A DNA stretch of 64,000 nucleotides from Verrucomicrobiota bacterium (GTDB lineage Bacteria; Verrucomicrobiota; Verrucomicrobiia; Opitutales; UBA953), in assembly GCA_030831965.1 (NCBI GenBank), contig JAURJZ010000080.1, positions 60,819-124,818 on the forward strand. Direction: 5' to 3'. Both the position numbers and the translations under genes were made by a program. Under the pieces are notes generated by a model. The model was not told where the DNA came from. It worked only from the letters and a program-made list of their open reading frames with translations, and ran no database searches. Shown here piece after piece: positions 47,531 to 56,464 of the stretch (within the stretch, counting starts at the first letter, position 1; each line of letters opens with the position of its first letter).

Positions 47531-48610
47531 ATGGAGGAGCGGGCTTTCGACCGGGTGGAGGACGCGGTGGCGGACATCGCCGCCGGCCGCATGGTCATCG
47601 TCACCGACGACGAGAACCGCGAGAACGAGGGCGACCTCGTCATGGCGGCCGACCAGGCGACGCCCGAGGCGGTCAACTTCATGACCCGCCATGGGCGCGG
47701 GCTCATCTGCGTGCCCATGGTGGAGGCGCAGCTGCGCCGGCTGGGCATCGACCAGATGGTGCCCGAGAACCGTGAGTCGCAGCGGACGGCCTTCACGGTG
47801 TCGGTCGACGCCGCCGAGGGCATCACGACGGGCATCAGCGCGGCGGACCGCGCCCGGACGATCCGCCTGCTCGCCGGGGCCGCGACCCGGCCCGAGCAGC
47901 TGGTCCGGCCCGGCCACATCTTCCCCCTGCTCGCGCGGCCGGGCGGGGTGCTCCAGCGCGCCGGCCACACCGAGGCGGCCGTCGACCTGGCCCTGCTGGC
48001 CGGACGGGCGCCAAGCGGCATCATCTGCGAGATCCTCAACGAGGACGGCACGATGGCGCGGCTGCCCGAGCTGGCCGAGATGAAGGCGCGGTTCGGGCTG
48101 CGGCTGGTCTCCATCGCCCAGCTCATCGCCCACCGCCGGCGCGACACGCGCCTGGTCGAGCGGGTGGCGTCGAGCGACTTCGACAGCGCCTGGGGGCGGT
48201 TCCGCCTGCACGTCTACCGGTCGGCGGCCGACGGTCGCCAGCACCTCGCGTTCGTGCTGGGCGAGCCCTCGCCCGAGCCGACGCTCGTCCGCGTGCAACG
48301 CGAGAACCTTCTCGCGGAGCTCTTCCGCGGCCGGGCCTTCGGCCCCGGCGGCTCGCTCGAGGCGAGCTTCCGCGCCATCGCCGCGGAGGGCCGGGGCGTG
48401 ATCGTGCACATCGGGCTGCCCGACGGCGGCATCCTGGCCGACGCCGAGGGGGTGCGGCCGGGGCAGATGGACGACCGCGACTACGGCGTGGGGGCGCAGA
48501 TCCTCGCCGACCTCGGCCTCGCGCGCATCCGCCTGCTGACCAACAACCCGCGCAAGGTGGTCGGTCTCGCCGGGCACGGCCTGGAGATTGTCGGGCAGGC
48601 GGCGCCCTGA
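47531..48610 (+). CDS. ribB: 3,4-dihydroxy-2-butanone-4-phosphate synthase fused to a degenerate GTP-cyclohydrolase-II-like domain (RibBX type)
   Basis: RMVIVTDDENRENEGDLVMAA and GHTEAAVDLA (RibB). The C-terminal domain aligns to RibA, but the zinc-cysteine segment reads VRVQRENLLAELFRGRAFGPGGSLEA with no Cys. Confidence 0.85.
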   Translation: MEERAFDRVEDAVADIAAGRMVIVTDDENRENEGDLVMAADQATPEAVNFMTRHGRGLICVPMVEAQLRRLGIDQMVPENRESQRTAFTVSVDAAEGITTGISAADRARTIRLLAGAATRPEQLVRPGHIFPLLARPGGVLQRAGHTEAAVDLALLAGRAPSGIICEILNEDGTMARLPELAEMKARFGLRLVSIAQLIAHRRRDTRLVERVASSDFDSAWGRFRLHVYRSAADGRQHLAFVLGEPSPEPTLVRVQRENLLAELFRGRAFGPGGSLEASFRAIAAEGRGVIVHIGLPDGGILADAEGVRPGQMDDRDYGVGAQILADLGLARIRLLTNNPRKVVGLAGHGLEIVGQAAP

Positions 48611-48681
48611 CCGCCGCCGCTTCGGGCTTGCGGGAAGCGTCCCGACCTGTAGCCCTCAACGACCCGTCCCTTCCCAACCCG

Positions 48682-49221
48682 ATGAGCCAGGACAAGCCGA
48701 AGCCGACCGACATCGACGGCCGCGACCTCTGGTTCGGCGTGGCCGCCGCGCGCTACAACGGGTCGCTCGTGGACAGCCTGCTTGAGCGCGTCCGACGCAC
48801 GCTGCGCGACGCCAAGGTGCCCGCCGACCACATCAAGGTGGTGCGGGTGCCGGGCTCGGCCGAGGTGCCCTATGCCGCCCACATGCTCGCCATGACGGGC
48901 GAGTACGACTGCGTGATCGCGCTCGGGGTGGTCGTGGCGGGCGACACGCCCCACCACGAGGTCATCGCCGCCTCGACCGCGTCCGCCCTCCAGGAGTCGG
49001 CCCTGCGCTCCGAGGTGCCCCTCATCAACGGCATCGTCGTCACGCTCGACCAGGCCCAGGCCGAGGCGCGCTGCCGCGGGGCCCTCGACCGCGGCGCCGA
49101 GTTCGCCAAGGCCGCGCTGGAGATGGCGCTCCACCGGATCGAGCTCGGCGAGCGCCTCGACCAGATCGCCGCGGAGGAGAAGGCCCAGAAGGACGGGGCG
49201 GACCCCTTCGCCCAGAACTGA
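48682..49221 (+). CDS. ribH: 6,7-dimethyl-8-ribityllumazine synthase
   Basis: FGVAAARYNGSLVDSLL, VRVPGSAEVP, ALGVVVAGDTPHHEVIA. ATG at 48682. Confidence 0.9.
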   Translation: MSQDKPKPTDIDGRDLWFGVAAARYNGSLVDSLLERVRRTLRDAKVPADHIKVVRVPGSAEVPYAAHMLAMTGEYDCVIALGVVVAGDTPHHEVIAASTASALQESALRSEVPLINGIVVTLDQAQAEARCRGALDRGAEFAKAALEMALHRIELGERLDQIAAEEKAQKDGADPFAQN

Positions 49222-49222
49222 G

Positions 49223-49687
49223 ATGGCCGACGCGGCCCCGAGGGAACCCCGGCGCAACCGGCGCCACGAGAACCGCGTCGCGGCCATGCAGTTCCTTTAC
49301 CTCTGGGAAGCCCAGCGCCCCGAGGACCCCGTGCTCGCCCTGGCCGATTTCCTGCGGATGCAGGAGAACCCGCGCGACCACTACGCCTTCGCGGAGTCGC
49401 TCATCGACGGCGCCCTGCGCGCCCTGCCGGAGGTCGACCGCGCGATCGCGCGCCACGCCGAGAACTGGACCATCGAGCGCATCGCCAAGGTCGAGCTCGC
49501 CATCCTCCGCCTCGCCGTGCACGAGCTGCTCCACCGGCGCGACATCCCGCCGGTCGTCTCCATCAACGAGGCGATCGAGCTGGCCAAGGCCTTCGGGGGC
49601 GACGATTCCCACCGCTTCGTCAACGGCATCCTCGACCGGGTGAAGGAAGGCCTCGACCGCCCCCTGCGGGAGGCCGCGGAGGGCTGA
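49223..49687 (+). CDS. nusB: Transcription antitermination factor NusB
   Basis: RRHENRVAAMQFLY..., ERIAKVELAILRLAVHELL, and INEAIELAKAFGGDDSHRFVNGILD. Confidence 0.9.
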   Translation: MADAAPREPRRNRRHENRVAAMQFLYLWEAQRPEDPVLALADFLRMQENPRDHYAFAESLIDGALRALPEVDRAIARHAENWTIERIAKVELAILRLAVHELLHRRDIPPVVSINEAIELAKAFGGDDSHRFVNGILDRVKEGLDRPLREAAEG

Positions 49688-49689
49688 CC

Positions 49690-50586
49690 ATGGCGGGCTG
49701 GCTGGATCGGCTGCGCGCCGGGCTGAGCCGGACCGCCGACAGCCTGGCCTCGGTCCTCGGGCGCCCGCTGGACGCCCGGAGCGCGCGCCTGCTCGAGGAG
49801 GGGCTGCTGGCCGCCGACCTCGGACCGGAGACGGCGGCGGAGGTCGTGGCCGCCGTGGCGGAGGCATGGCGGCGCGAGCCGGCGCTCCGCTCGGGCGGCG
49901 CCGCGGAGGTCGCCGCGGCGGTCCTCGCGCGCCGGCTGGGCGGATCCCCCTGGCGACCGGATTGGTCGGCCGCGCCGCTGGTCATCCTGCTGGTGGGGGT
50001 CAACGGGGCGGGCAAGACGACGACGGCGGCCAAGCTCGCGCACCGGCTGCAGGCGGAGGGCCACCCGGCGCTGCTCGGCGCGTGCGACACCTTTCGCGCG
50101 GCGGCCGGCGCCCAGCTCGAGGCCTGGGCGACGCGGCTCGGCGTGCCCGTGGTCGGCGGCCAGCCGGGCGCGGACCCCGCGGCGGTCGCCTTCGACGCGG
50201 TCGCGGCCGGGCGCGCGAGGGGCGCGCACGCCGTGCTGCTCGACAGCGCGGGTCGCCTGCACACGAAGGCGCACCTGATGGAGGAGCTGCGCAAGGTCGC
50301 CCGCGTCGCGGGCAAGGCCCACCCCGGGGCGCCCCACGAGCGCTGGCTGGTGGTCGACGGCTCTCTGGGCGCCAACTCGATCGAGCAGGCCAAGGTCTTC
50401 CACGAGGCGGTCGGGCTGACGGGGCTGGTGGTGACCAAGCTCGACGGCGCGGGCAAGGGAGGGGCGGCGGTCGGCATCGCCCGCGCGACCGGGGTGCCGG
50501 TGCGCTTCATCGGCGTGGGCGAGGCGCCGGACGACCTGCAGCCGCTGGACCCCGAGGCCTACGCCCGGGCGCTGGTCGGCCTCTGA
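49690..50586 (+). CDS. ftsY: Signal recognition particle receptor FtsY (short, NG domain only)
   Basis: LLVGVNGAGKTTTAAKLA, CDTFRAAA, DSAGRLH, and VVTKLDGAGKGG. Confidence 0.93.
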   Translation: MAGWLDRLRAGLSRTADSLASVLGRPLDARSARLLEEGLLAADLGPETAAEVVAAVAEAWRREPALRSGGAAEVAAAVLARRLGGSPWRPDWSAAPLVILLVGVNGAGKTTTAAKLAHRLQAEGHPALLGACDTFRAAAGAQLEAWATRLGVPVVGGQPGADPAAVAFDAVAAGRARGAHAVLLDSAGRLHTKAHLMEELRKVARVAGKAHPGAPHERWLVVDGSLGANSIEQAKVFHEAVGLTGLVVTKLDGAGKGGAAVGIARATGVPVRFIGVGEAPDDLQPLDPEAYARALVGL

Positions 50587-50637
50587 GCGGACCCTCCGTC
50601 CTTGCCGCGGGGCCGGTCCGGGCCTAGCGTGCGCGGA

Positions 50638-51732
50638 ATGTCAGCCGTGACCGAAACCGTCTCCCTCGGCGAGCGCGCCTACCCGGTGCGCATCGGTCCC
50701 GGCGTGGTCGCCGAGGCGGCCGCGGCCGCGGCCGCGGCGCGCGCGGCGGGGGCGAAGGTGCTCACCGTGACCTCGCCTGGCGTGCGCGCCGCCCTGCCCC
50801 AGGCTTGCGCGAGCCTGGCCGCGCACGGACCGGTCCATGTCACCGCGACCGACGGCGAGACGGCGAAGTCCGCGGCCGAGCTCGCCCGCGCCTGGGACGC
50901 CCTGGCCGAGGCCGGACTGGGCCGGGACGGCCTCGTGGTCGCGCTGGGCGGCGGCGTGGTCGGCGACCTGGCGGGTTTCGCCGCGGCGTCCTACCTGAGG
51001 GGAATCCGCCTCATCCAGGTCCCGACCACGCTGCTGGCGATGGTCGACAGCTCGGTGGGGGGCAAGACGGGCATCAACCTCGCCCGGGGCAAGAACCTGG
51101 CGGGGGCCTTCGCCCAACCCGCCGCGGTGCTGGCCGACACGGCGCTCCTGCGCACGCTGCCCGAGCGCGAGTTCGCGGCCGGGATGGCGGAGGTGGTCAA
51201 GTACGCCCTGCTGGGCGACGCCGACCTGCTGGCGGAGCTGGAGGCGGCGGGCCGGCTGCGCTGGGACCACCCGTCGCTGCCCGGCGTGATCCGGCGCTGC
51301 GTGCGGATGAAGGCCCGGATTGTGTCGGGCGACGAGCACGAGACCGCGCGCGAGGGCGGCCGGGCCCTGCTCAACCTGGGCCACACCTTCGGCCACGCCA
51401 TCGAGGCCGTGGCCGGCTACGGCGCGTACCTCCACGGGGAGGCCGTGGCGGTCGGGCTGCGTCTCGCCGCCGACCTCTCGCGCGACCTCGGGCGGATCAG
51501 CGAGGGCGACGCGCGGCGCGCGACCGCGGCGGTGGCGGCGCAAGGCCTGCCCACCGGGCTCCGCGAGCCGCTGGCGGCGGACGCGCTCCTCGCGGCGATG
51601 CGGCACGACAAGAAGAACCGCGCCGGGCGGATCCGCTTCGTGCTGCTCGACCGGCTGGGCGCGGCGGCGACCGCCGACGGCGTGGACGAGTCGGCGGCGC
51701 GGGCGGCGCTTCTCGCGGCGGGCGCGCGCTGA
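50638..51732 (+). CDS. aroB: 3-dehydroquinate synthase
   Basis: LGGGVVGDLAGFAAASYLRGIRLIQVPTTLLAMVDSSVGGKTGINL and LNLGHTFGHAIE. Confidence 0.93.
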   Translation: MSAVTETVSLGERAYPVRIGPGVVAEAAAAAAAARAAGAKVLTVTSPGVRAALPQACASLAAHGPVHVTATDGETAKSAAELARAWDALAEAGLGRDGLVVALGGGVVGDLAGFAAASYLRGIRLIQVPTTLLAMVDSSVGGKTGINLARGKNLAGAFAQPAAVLADTALLRTLPEREFAAGMAEVVKYALLGDADLLAELEAAGRLRWDHPSLPGVIRRCVRMKARIVSGDEHETAREGGRALLNLGHTFGHAIEAVAGYGAYLHGEAVAVGLRLAADLSRDLGRISEGDARRATAAVAAQGLPTGLREPLAADALLAAMRHDKKNRAGRIRFVLLDRLGAAATADGVDESAARAALLAAGAR

Positions 51733-51737
51733 GCGGC

Positions 51738-51968
51738 TCAGGGCGATTCCGGGCCGACCGCGGGCTTGACCGCGCGCCAGTCGCCCTCGCGCTGCCGCTC
51801 GGCGTTGCGACGGTTGGCCTCGGCGACGCCGCCCTCGGGGCGGGCCTCGCCGGCGAGGGCGGCGGCCGCGGGTGTCTTCTCGCTGCGGTGGCCAGGCTCG
51901 GAGCCGGGTCCGCCGACGCAGCCGGCGACGAGGAGGGAGAGGGCGGGGAGGAGCGGGAGGAGTCTCAT
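51738..51968 (-). CDS. Small lipoprotein (76 aa)
   Basis: MRLLPLLPALSLLVAGC lipobox. ATGA overlap with the upstream phosphomutase stop (51965-51968). Confidence 0.55.
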   Translation of the reverse strand: MRLLPLLPALSLLVAGCVGGPGSEPGHRSEKTPAAAALAGEARPEGGVAEANRRNAERQREGDWRAVKPAVGPESP

Positions 51969-53908
51969 GGGGAGGGAGCTTGGGCGCGGCGGGCGGCGTC
52001 GGCGCGCATCCAGGCGAGGAGGGCGTCGACGTCGGCGCGGGCGCGGGCGCGGGCGGCGGGCAGCGCGTCGGCGTCGGCGACGGGGCGGCGGGCGAAGCCG
52101 TAGAACTTGACCTTGGGCTCGGTGCCGGAGGGCCGGACGGCGACGCGGCGGCCGTCGGCCAGGTCGACGAGGAGGAAGTCCTCGGCGCCGAGCCGCTCGC
52201 CCTCGGCGTCGGTCACCTCGCCGGCGGCGTGGTCGGTCACGCGGACCACGGCGGAGCCGTCGACCTCGCGCGGCGGGGAGGTGCGCCAGGCGGCGAGGAG
52301 GCGGCGGATGGCGGCGGCGCCGGCGGCGCCCTCCATCGTGACGTTGAGCAGGCCCTCGGCGTGCGCGCCGTGGCGGAGATGGAGGGCGTCGAGCGCGTCG
52401 AGCAGGGTGCGGCCGCGCGAGCGGAGGCGGGCGGCGAACTCGGTGAGGAGGAGGGCGGCGGCGTTGGCGTCCTTGTCGCGCACGGCGTCGTCGGCGAGGT
52501 AGCCGTGGCTCTCCTCGAGGCCGAGGAGGAAGAGGGTGGAGTGGCGGAGCGCGAGCGGCGCCCGGCGGCGGAGCGGGAGCGCGGGCGCCTCGGGTCCGGC
52601 GCGCTCGGCGAGGCGGGCGGCCCAGCGCTCCGCCTTGCCGGCGATCCACTTGAAGCCGACGAGGGTGCCGACGCAGCGCACGCCGTGGCGCTCGCAGATG
52701 GCGTCGACCAGGGGCGTGGTCACGACCGACTTCACGACGGCGGCGGCCGGCGAGCCCTCCTCGGGGAGGATGCCGGCGTCCTTGAGCGAGGAGAGGCGGA
52801 ACTCGGCGAGCAGGGCGGCGATCTCGTTGCCGCCGAGGAGGCGGTGCCCGCCGCCCGGGAGGGGGACGGCGGCGCCGAGGCGGTCGGCGTCGGGGTCGGT
52901 CGCGAGGACGAGGTCGGCGCCCCTCTCGGCCGCGACGGCGAGCGCGAGCGCGAAGGCCTCGGGGTTCTCCGGATTGGGCGACTTGACGGTGGGGAAGGCC
53001 CCGTCGTGCTCGCGCTGGGCCTCGACGAGGATGGGCTCGATGCCGACGCGGCGGAGCGCGGGCACGACCATCACGTCGCCCGTGCCGTGGAGGTTGGTGA
53101 AGACGACGGAGGGGGTGTGGCGCAGGATCTCGTCGGGGAAGAGCACGCCGGCGCAGAGCCGGTCGAGGTAGGCGGCCTCGGCCTCGGGCGGCACGGGGCG
53201 GATGGCGGCGCGGTCGGCGCCGAGGAGCGGGGCGATGTCGGCGATGCCGAGCGCCTCGACCTGGCGAACGATGGCCGCGTCGTCGGGCGGCATCACCTGG
53301 CCGCCGGTGGCGAGGCAGCACTTGAAGCCGTTGTCATGGGGCGGATTGTGGCTCGCGGTGAGCACGACCCCGGCGTCGGCTCCCAGGTGGCGGACGGTGA
53401 AGCTGAGCTGGGGCGTCGAGCGGGGCCCGTCGAACAGCAGGGCCTCGCCGCCGAGGGCGGCCCAAGCCGCGGCGACCGACTCGGCGAAGGCGCGCGAGAA
53501 GTGCCGCACGTCATGGGCGACCACCAGCCGGGGGGCGCGCTTGCCCGAGGCGGCGAGGTGGGCGTGGAGGCCGCGGGTCGCGCGCAGGATGTTGAAGGCG
53601 TTGAGGCAGGCGGTGCCGACCGCGGCGTGCTCGGGCGCGGCGCCCTCGGGGGCGGCGCCCCGCTCGGAGGGCGCGACGACCTTGCCGATGGTGCGTCCGC
53701 GCATCCCGCCGGTGCCGAAGGCAACGCCGCGGTAGAAACGGTCCTCGAGCTCGTCCCAGGCGCCGGCCTCGGCCAGCTCGGCGACCGCCGCGACGGCCCA
53801 GCCGGGAAGGCTGCCGGAGCCGAGCCAGCCGAGGGCGTTGGCGAGGGCGGCGGGCGACAGCCGGCGGGCGTCGCGGAGCGCCGAGATGACGGCTTCGGGC
53901 GAGGACAT
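51965..53908 (-). CDS. Phosphoglucomutase/phosphomannomutase family phospho-sugar mutase
   Basis: Start MSSPEAVISALRD (53908). FGTGGMRG, the active-site loop TASHNPPHDNGFK, and ATDPDADRLG. Confidence 0.9.
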   Translation of the reverse strand: MSSPEAVISALRDARRLSPAALANALGWLGSGSLPGWAVAAVAELAEAGAWDELEDRFYRGVAFGTGGMRGRTIGKVVAPSERGAAPEGAAPEHAAVGTACLNAFNILRATRGLHAHLAASGKRAPRLVVAHDVRHFSRAFAESVAAAWAALGGEALLFDGPRSTPQLSFTVRHLGADAGVVLTASHNPPHDNGFKCCLATGGQVMPPDDAAIVRQVEALGIADIAPLLGADRAAIRPVPPEAEAAYLDRLCAGVLFPDEILRHTPSVVFTNLHGTGDVMVVPALRRVGIEPILVEAQREHDGAFPTVKSPNPENPEAFALALAVAAERGADLVLATDPDADRLGAAVPLPGGGHRLLGGNEIAALLAEFRLSSLKDAGILPEEGSPAAAVVKSVVTTPLVDAICERHGVRCVGTLVGFKWIAGKAERWAARLAERAGPEAPALPLRRRAPLALRHSTLFLLGLEESHGYLADDAVRDKDANAAALLLTEFAARLRSRGRTLLDALDALHLRHGAHAEGLLNVTMEGAAGAAAIRRLLAAWRTSPPREVDGSAVVRVTDHAAGEVTDAEGERLGAEDFLLVDLADGRRVAVRPSGTEPKVKFYGFARRPVADADALPAARARARADVDALLAWMRADAARRAQAPSP

Positions 53909-54010
53909 GGAAGGAGGGGCATCCTTGCCCCGGAGCGGCGAGGGGACAAGCGCCGATGCGGGCGGCAGGGATTGACTCGGGCACCGGGCTGGCAACCTTG
54001 GGAAGACTCC

Positions 54011-54715
54011 ATGGCCCAAGACCGAAACCCCAGCCCCAAGGACGACGACCGCAACCTCGTGGTCGTCGACGAGGACTTCGCGAACGCGGACGCGGAGGAT
54101 CGCCTTTGGCTGCTTTGGGAGCGCCACCGCGAGCGCATCGCCTGGACCTTCTCCTCGGTCATCGTCGGCCTCCTGGCCTGGTTCGCCTACGCCGCCTGGG
54201 CCGACGCCCGCCGGGAGGAGATCCGCGAGGCCTTCGCCGCGGCCGGCAACGACGAGACCGCGCTGCGCGCCTTCGCGGGCGCGCATCCCGGGCACCCCTT
54301 GGCCACCGCCGCCTTGCTCCAGCTGGCCGACCGGCTCCAGCGCGAGGGCAAGGGCGCGGTTGCCGCCTACGACGCCGCCGCGGCGAACGAGCCGGGCCCG
54401 ACCCGCGCCGGCCAGGCGCTGCGCTGGCGCTCCCGGCTGTATGCCGGCCTCCTCGCGCTCGACCAGGGCGCGCCCGACGCGGTCGCGCGCCTGACCGCCG
54501 TGGCCGAGTCGACGGAGGCCCCCGAGGCCTTGCGCGGACCGGCTTTCCTCGCGCTGGCGCGCGCCGCGCTCTCGGCCAAGGACCCCGCGGGGGCCCGGGC
54601 CTGGCTCGACAAGATGGACCGCCTGCTGGGGCCCAGCCATCCCTGGCGCGAGGACCAGCGCCGGCTGATCGCGTCCGAGCCGGCCCTCCGCCCGACGGCG
54701 CCGAAGGCGCCCTGA
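54011..54715 (+). CDS. Membrane-anchored TPR-like/YfgM-like hypothetical protein
   Basis: ATG at 54011. Acidic N-terminus, one TM segment (IAWTFSSVIVGLLAWFAYAAW), then an Ala/Leu-rich helical-repeat region. Confidence 0.55.
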   Translation: MAQDRNPSPKDDDRNLVVVDEDFANADAEDRLWLLWERHRERIAWTFSSVIVGLLAWFAYAAWADARREEIREAFAAAGNDETALRAFAGAHPGHPLATAALLQLADRLQREGKGAVAAYDAAAANEPGPTRAGQALRWRSRLYAGLLALDQGAPDAVARLTAVAESTEAPEALRGPAFLALARAALSAKDPAGARAWLDKMDRLLGPSHPWREDQRRLIASEPALRPTAPKAP

Positions 54716-54722
54716 GCGGCGC

Positions 54723-55700
54723 ATGCCCGAGGTCGCCCAGCAGCCGGTGCTCGCGCTCGAGGCGCAGGGGCTGACCAAGCGCTACGGGCGGCTGACGGCG
54801 GTGGAGGGCGTGTCCTTCTCGGTCGCCCCGGGGGAGATCGTCGGATTCCTCGGCCCCAACGGCGCGGGGAAGTCGACCACGATGCGCATCCTCGCGGGGC
54901 GGCTGATGGCCAACTCGGGGCGGGCCTCCGTCTGCGGCGAGTCGATCGCCCTCGATCCCGCGGGCGCGCGGCGCCGCCTGGCCTACATGCCGGAGAACAA
55001 CCCGCTGCCCGACGAGGTGCGCGTGCGGGAGTACCTCGAGCTGCGCGCGCGCCTGAAGGCGGTGCCGGAGGAGGACGTCGGGCTGCGCGTCGACCAGGTG
55101 CTCCACGACTGCGACCTGCGGGAGCGCGCGGGCTCGCTCATCGGCCAGCTGTCCAAGGGATTCCGCCAGCGGGTGGGCATCGCCGACGCCCTGGTCGGCT
55201 CGCCCGAGGTGATCCTGCTCGACGAGCCGACAATCGGCCTGGACCCGCACCAGATCCTGGGCATCCGCGAGCTGCTCCGCGGGCTGCGCGGGCGGATGGC
55301 CGTGCTCGTCTCCAGCCACATCCTGCCCGAGGTCGAGCAGGTCTGCGACCGGGTGGTCATCATCAACCGCGGGCGGGTCGTGGCCCAGGGCCGCACGGAG
55401 GACCTTCGGCGCGAGCTGCTGCCCGCGCCCGCCCTCCTGCTGGAGGCCGACCTGGGCCCGGAGGCGCTGCTCGCGCTCGCGCGCGACCTCGACCCGGAGG
55501 CCGAGGTGAGCCGGTCGGCGGACGGGCGGCTGCGCGTGGCCCTGCCCCGCGGCTCCCCCGCCCGGGCCGGCCTGCTCGGCGCCCTGGTCCGGGCGGGCCG
55601 CAGCGTGCGCTCCCTCGCCGAGGAGCCGGCGGGTCTGGAGGAGATCTTCCTCGCCGCCACGCGACGGGACGCAACCGCGAGGGAGGGGCGGGGTTCCTGA
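54723..55700 (+). CDS. ABC-2-type exporter ATP-binding protein (GldA-like)
   Basis: Walker A GPNGAGKST, signature LSKGFRQRVGIADA, Walker B ILLDEPTIGLD. Confidence 0.9.
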   Translation: MPEVAQQPVLALEAQGLTKRYGRLTAVEGVSFSVAPGEIVGFLGPNGAGKSTTMRILAGRLMANSGRASVCGESIALDPAGARRRLAYMPENNPLPDEVRVREYLELRARLKAVPEEDVGLRVDQVLHDCDLRERAGSLIGQLSKGFRQRVGIADALVGSPEVILLDEPTIGLDPHQILGIRELLRGLRGRMAVLVSSHILPEVEQVCDRVVIINRGRVVAQGRTEDLRRELLPAPALLLEADLGPEALLALARDLDPEAEVSRSADGRLRVALPRGSPARAGLLGALVRAGRSVRSLAEEPAGLEEIFLAATRRDATAREGRGS

Positions 55701-55701
55701 G

Positions 55702-56463
55702 ATGCGCGCCTTCCGGCACCTGCTTGCGCACGAGCTCAGCGCCACCTGGCTGGCCTGGTCGACCTGGGCCACCTGGGCCCTTTTTCTCGGGCTTCTCGGC
55801 ACCATCCACTGGTACGCGCTGCTCGTGTGCAGCCAGACCCCGCAGCCGTGGACACCCATCGAGGCGGTCTTCCGGTGGTTCCCGCTCCCCCTGCTGTGCA
55901 TCCTGCCGCTGCTCACGATGCGTTCCTTCGCCGAGGAGCGCCGGGCCGGGACGCTGGGGGCGCTGCTGACCACGCAGGCCGGCGCCGGGGCGGTGGTGGC
56001 GGCGAAGTTCCTCTGCCTCTGGCTGACCTGGGTGATTTTCTGGGCGTCCTTCGCGGCCCTGCCCCATATCGCGGGCGCGGTGCTGGGCGGCTCGGCCGAC
56101 CCGCGGGTGGCCGACCCGCTGGCGCTCGGGGGCGGCCTCGTGTTCGTGGCGCTGAGCGGCCTGCTGCACGTGGCGGTCGGCCTGCTCTGCAGCTCCTGCA
56201 CGAGGAGCCCGGCGCTGGCCGGGCTCCTCGCCTTCTTCAGCCTGCTCGCCCTGACCGCCGGCGGGGGCCTGATCGACGCGCTGCCGACCGACGGCTGGGA
56301 ATGGCTCGGGTGGCTGCAGGGGCCGGCCGACCATCTTCGCAGCCTCGCCCATCTCGAGGATTTCGCGGCGGGCATCGTCGACTCCCGCCCGCTCGCGCTC
56401 TACGCCACGGGCAGCCTGCTCTGCCTGGGCCTGACCACCCTCGCCGTGGAGGCGGCCGACTGA
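55702..56463 (+). CDS. ABC-2-type exporter permease (GldF-like)
   Basis: 253 aa, 6 TM segments. The FAEERRAGTLGALLT motif is typical of ABC-2 permeases. Starts 1 nt after the ATPase stop. Confidence 0.8.
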   Translation: MRAFRHLLAHELSATWLAWSTWATWALFLGLLGTIHWYALLVCSQTPQPWTPIEAVFRWFPLPLLCILPLLTMRSFAEERRAGTLGALLTTQAGAGAVVAAKFLCLWLTWVIFWASFAALPHIAGAVLGGSADPRVADPLALGGGLVFVALSGLLHVAVGLLCSSCTRSPALAGLLAFFSLLALTAGGGLIDALPTDGWEWLGWLQGPADHLRSLAHLEDFAAGIVDSRPLALYATGSLLCLGLTTLAVEAAD

Positions 56464-56464
56464 G

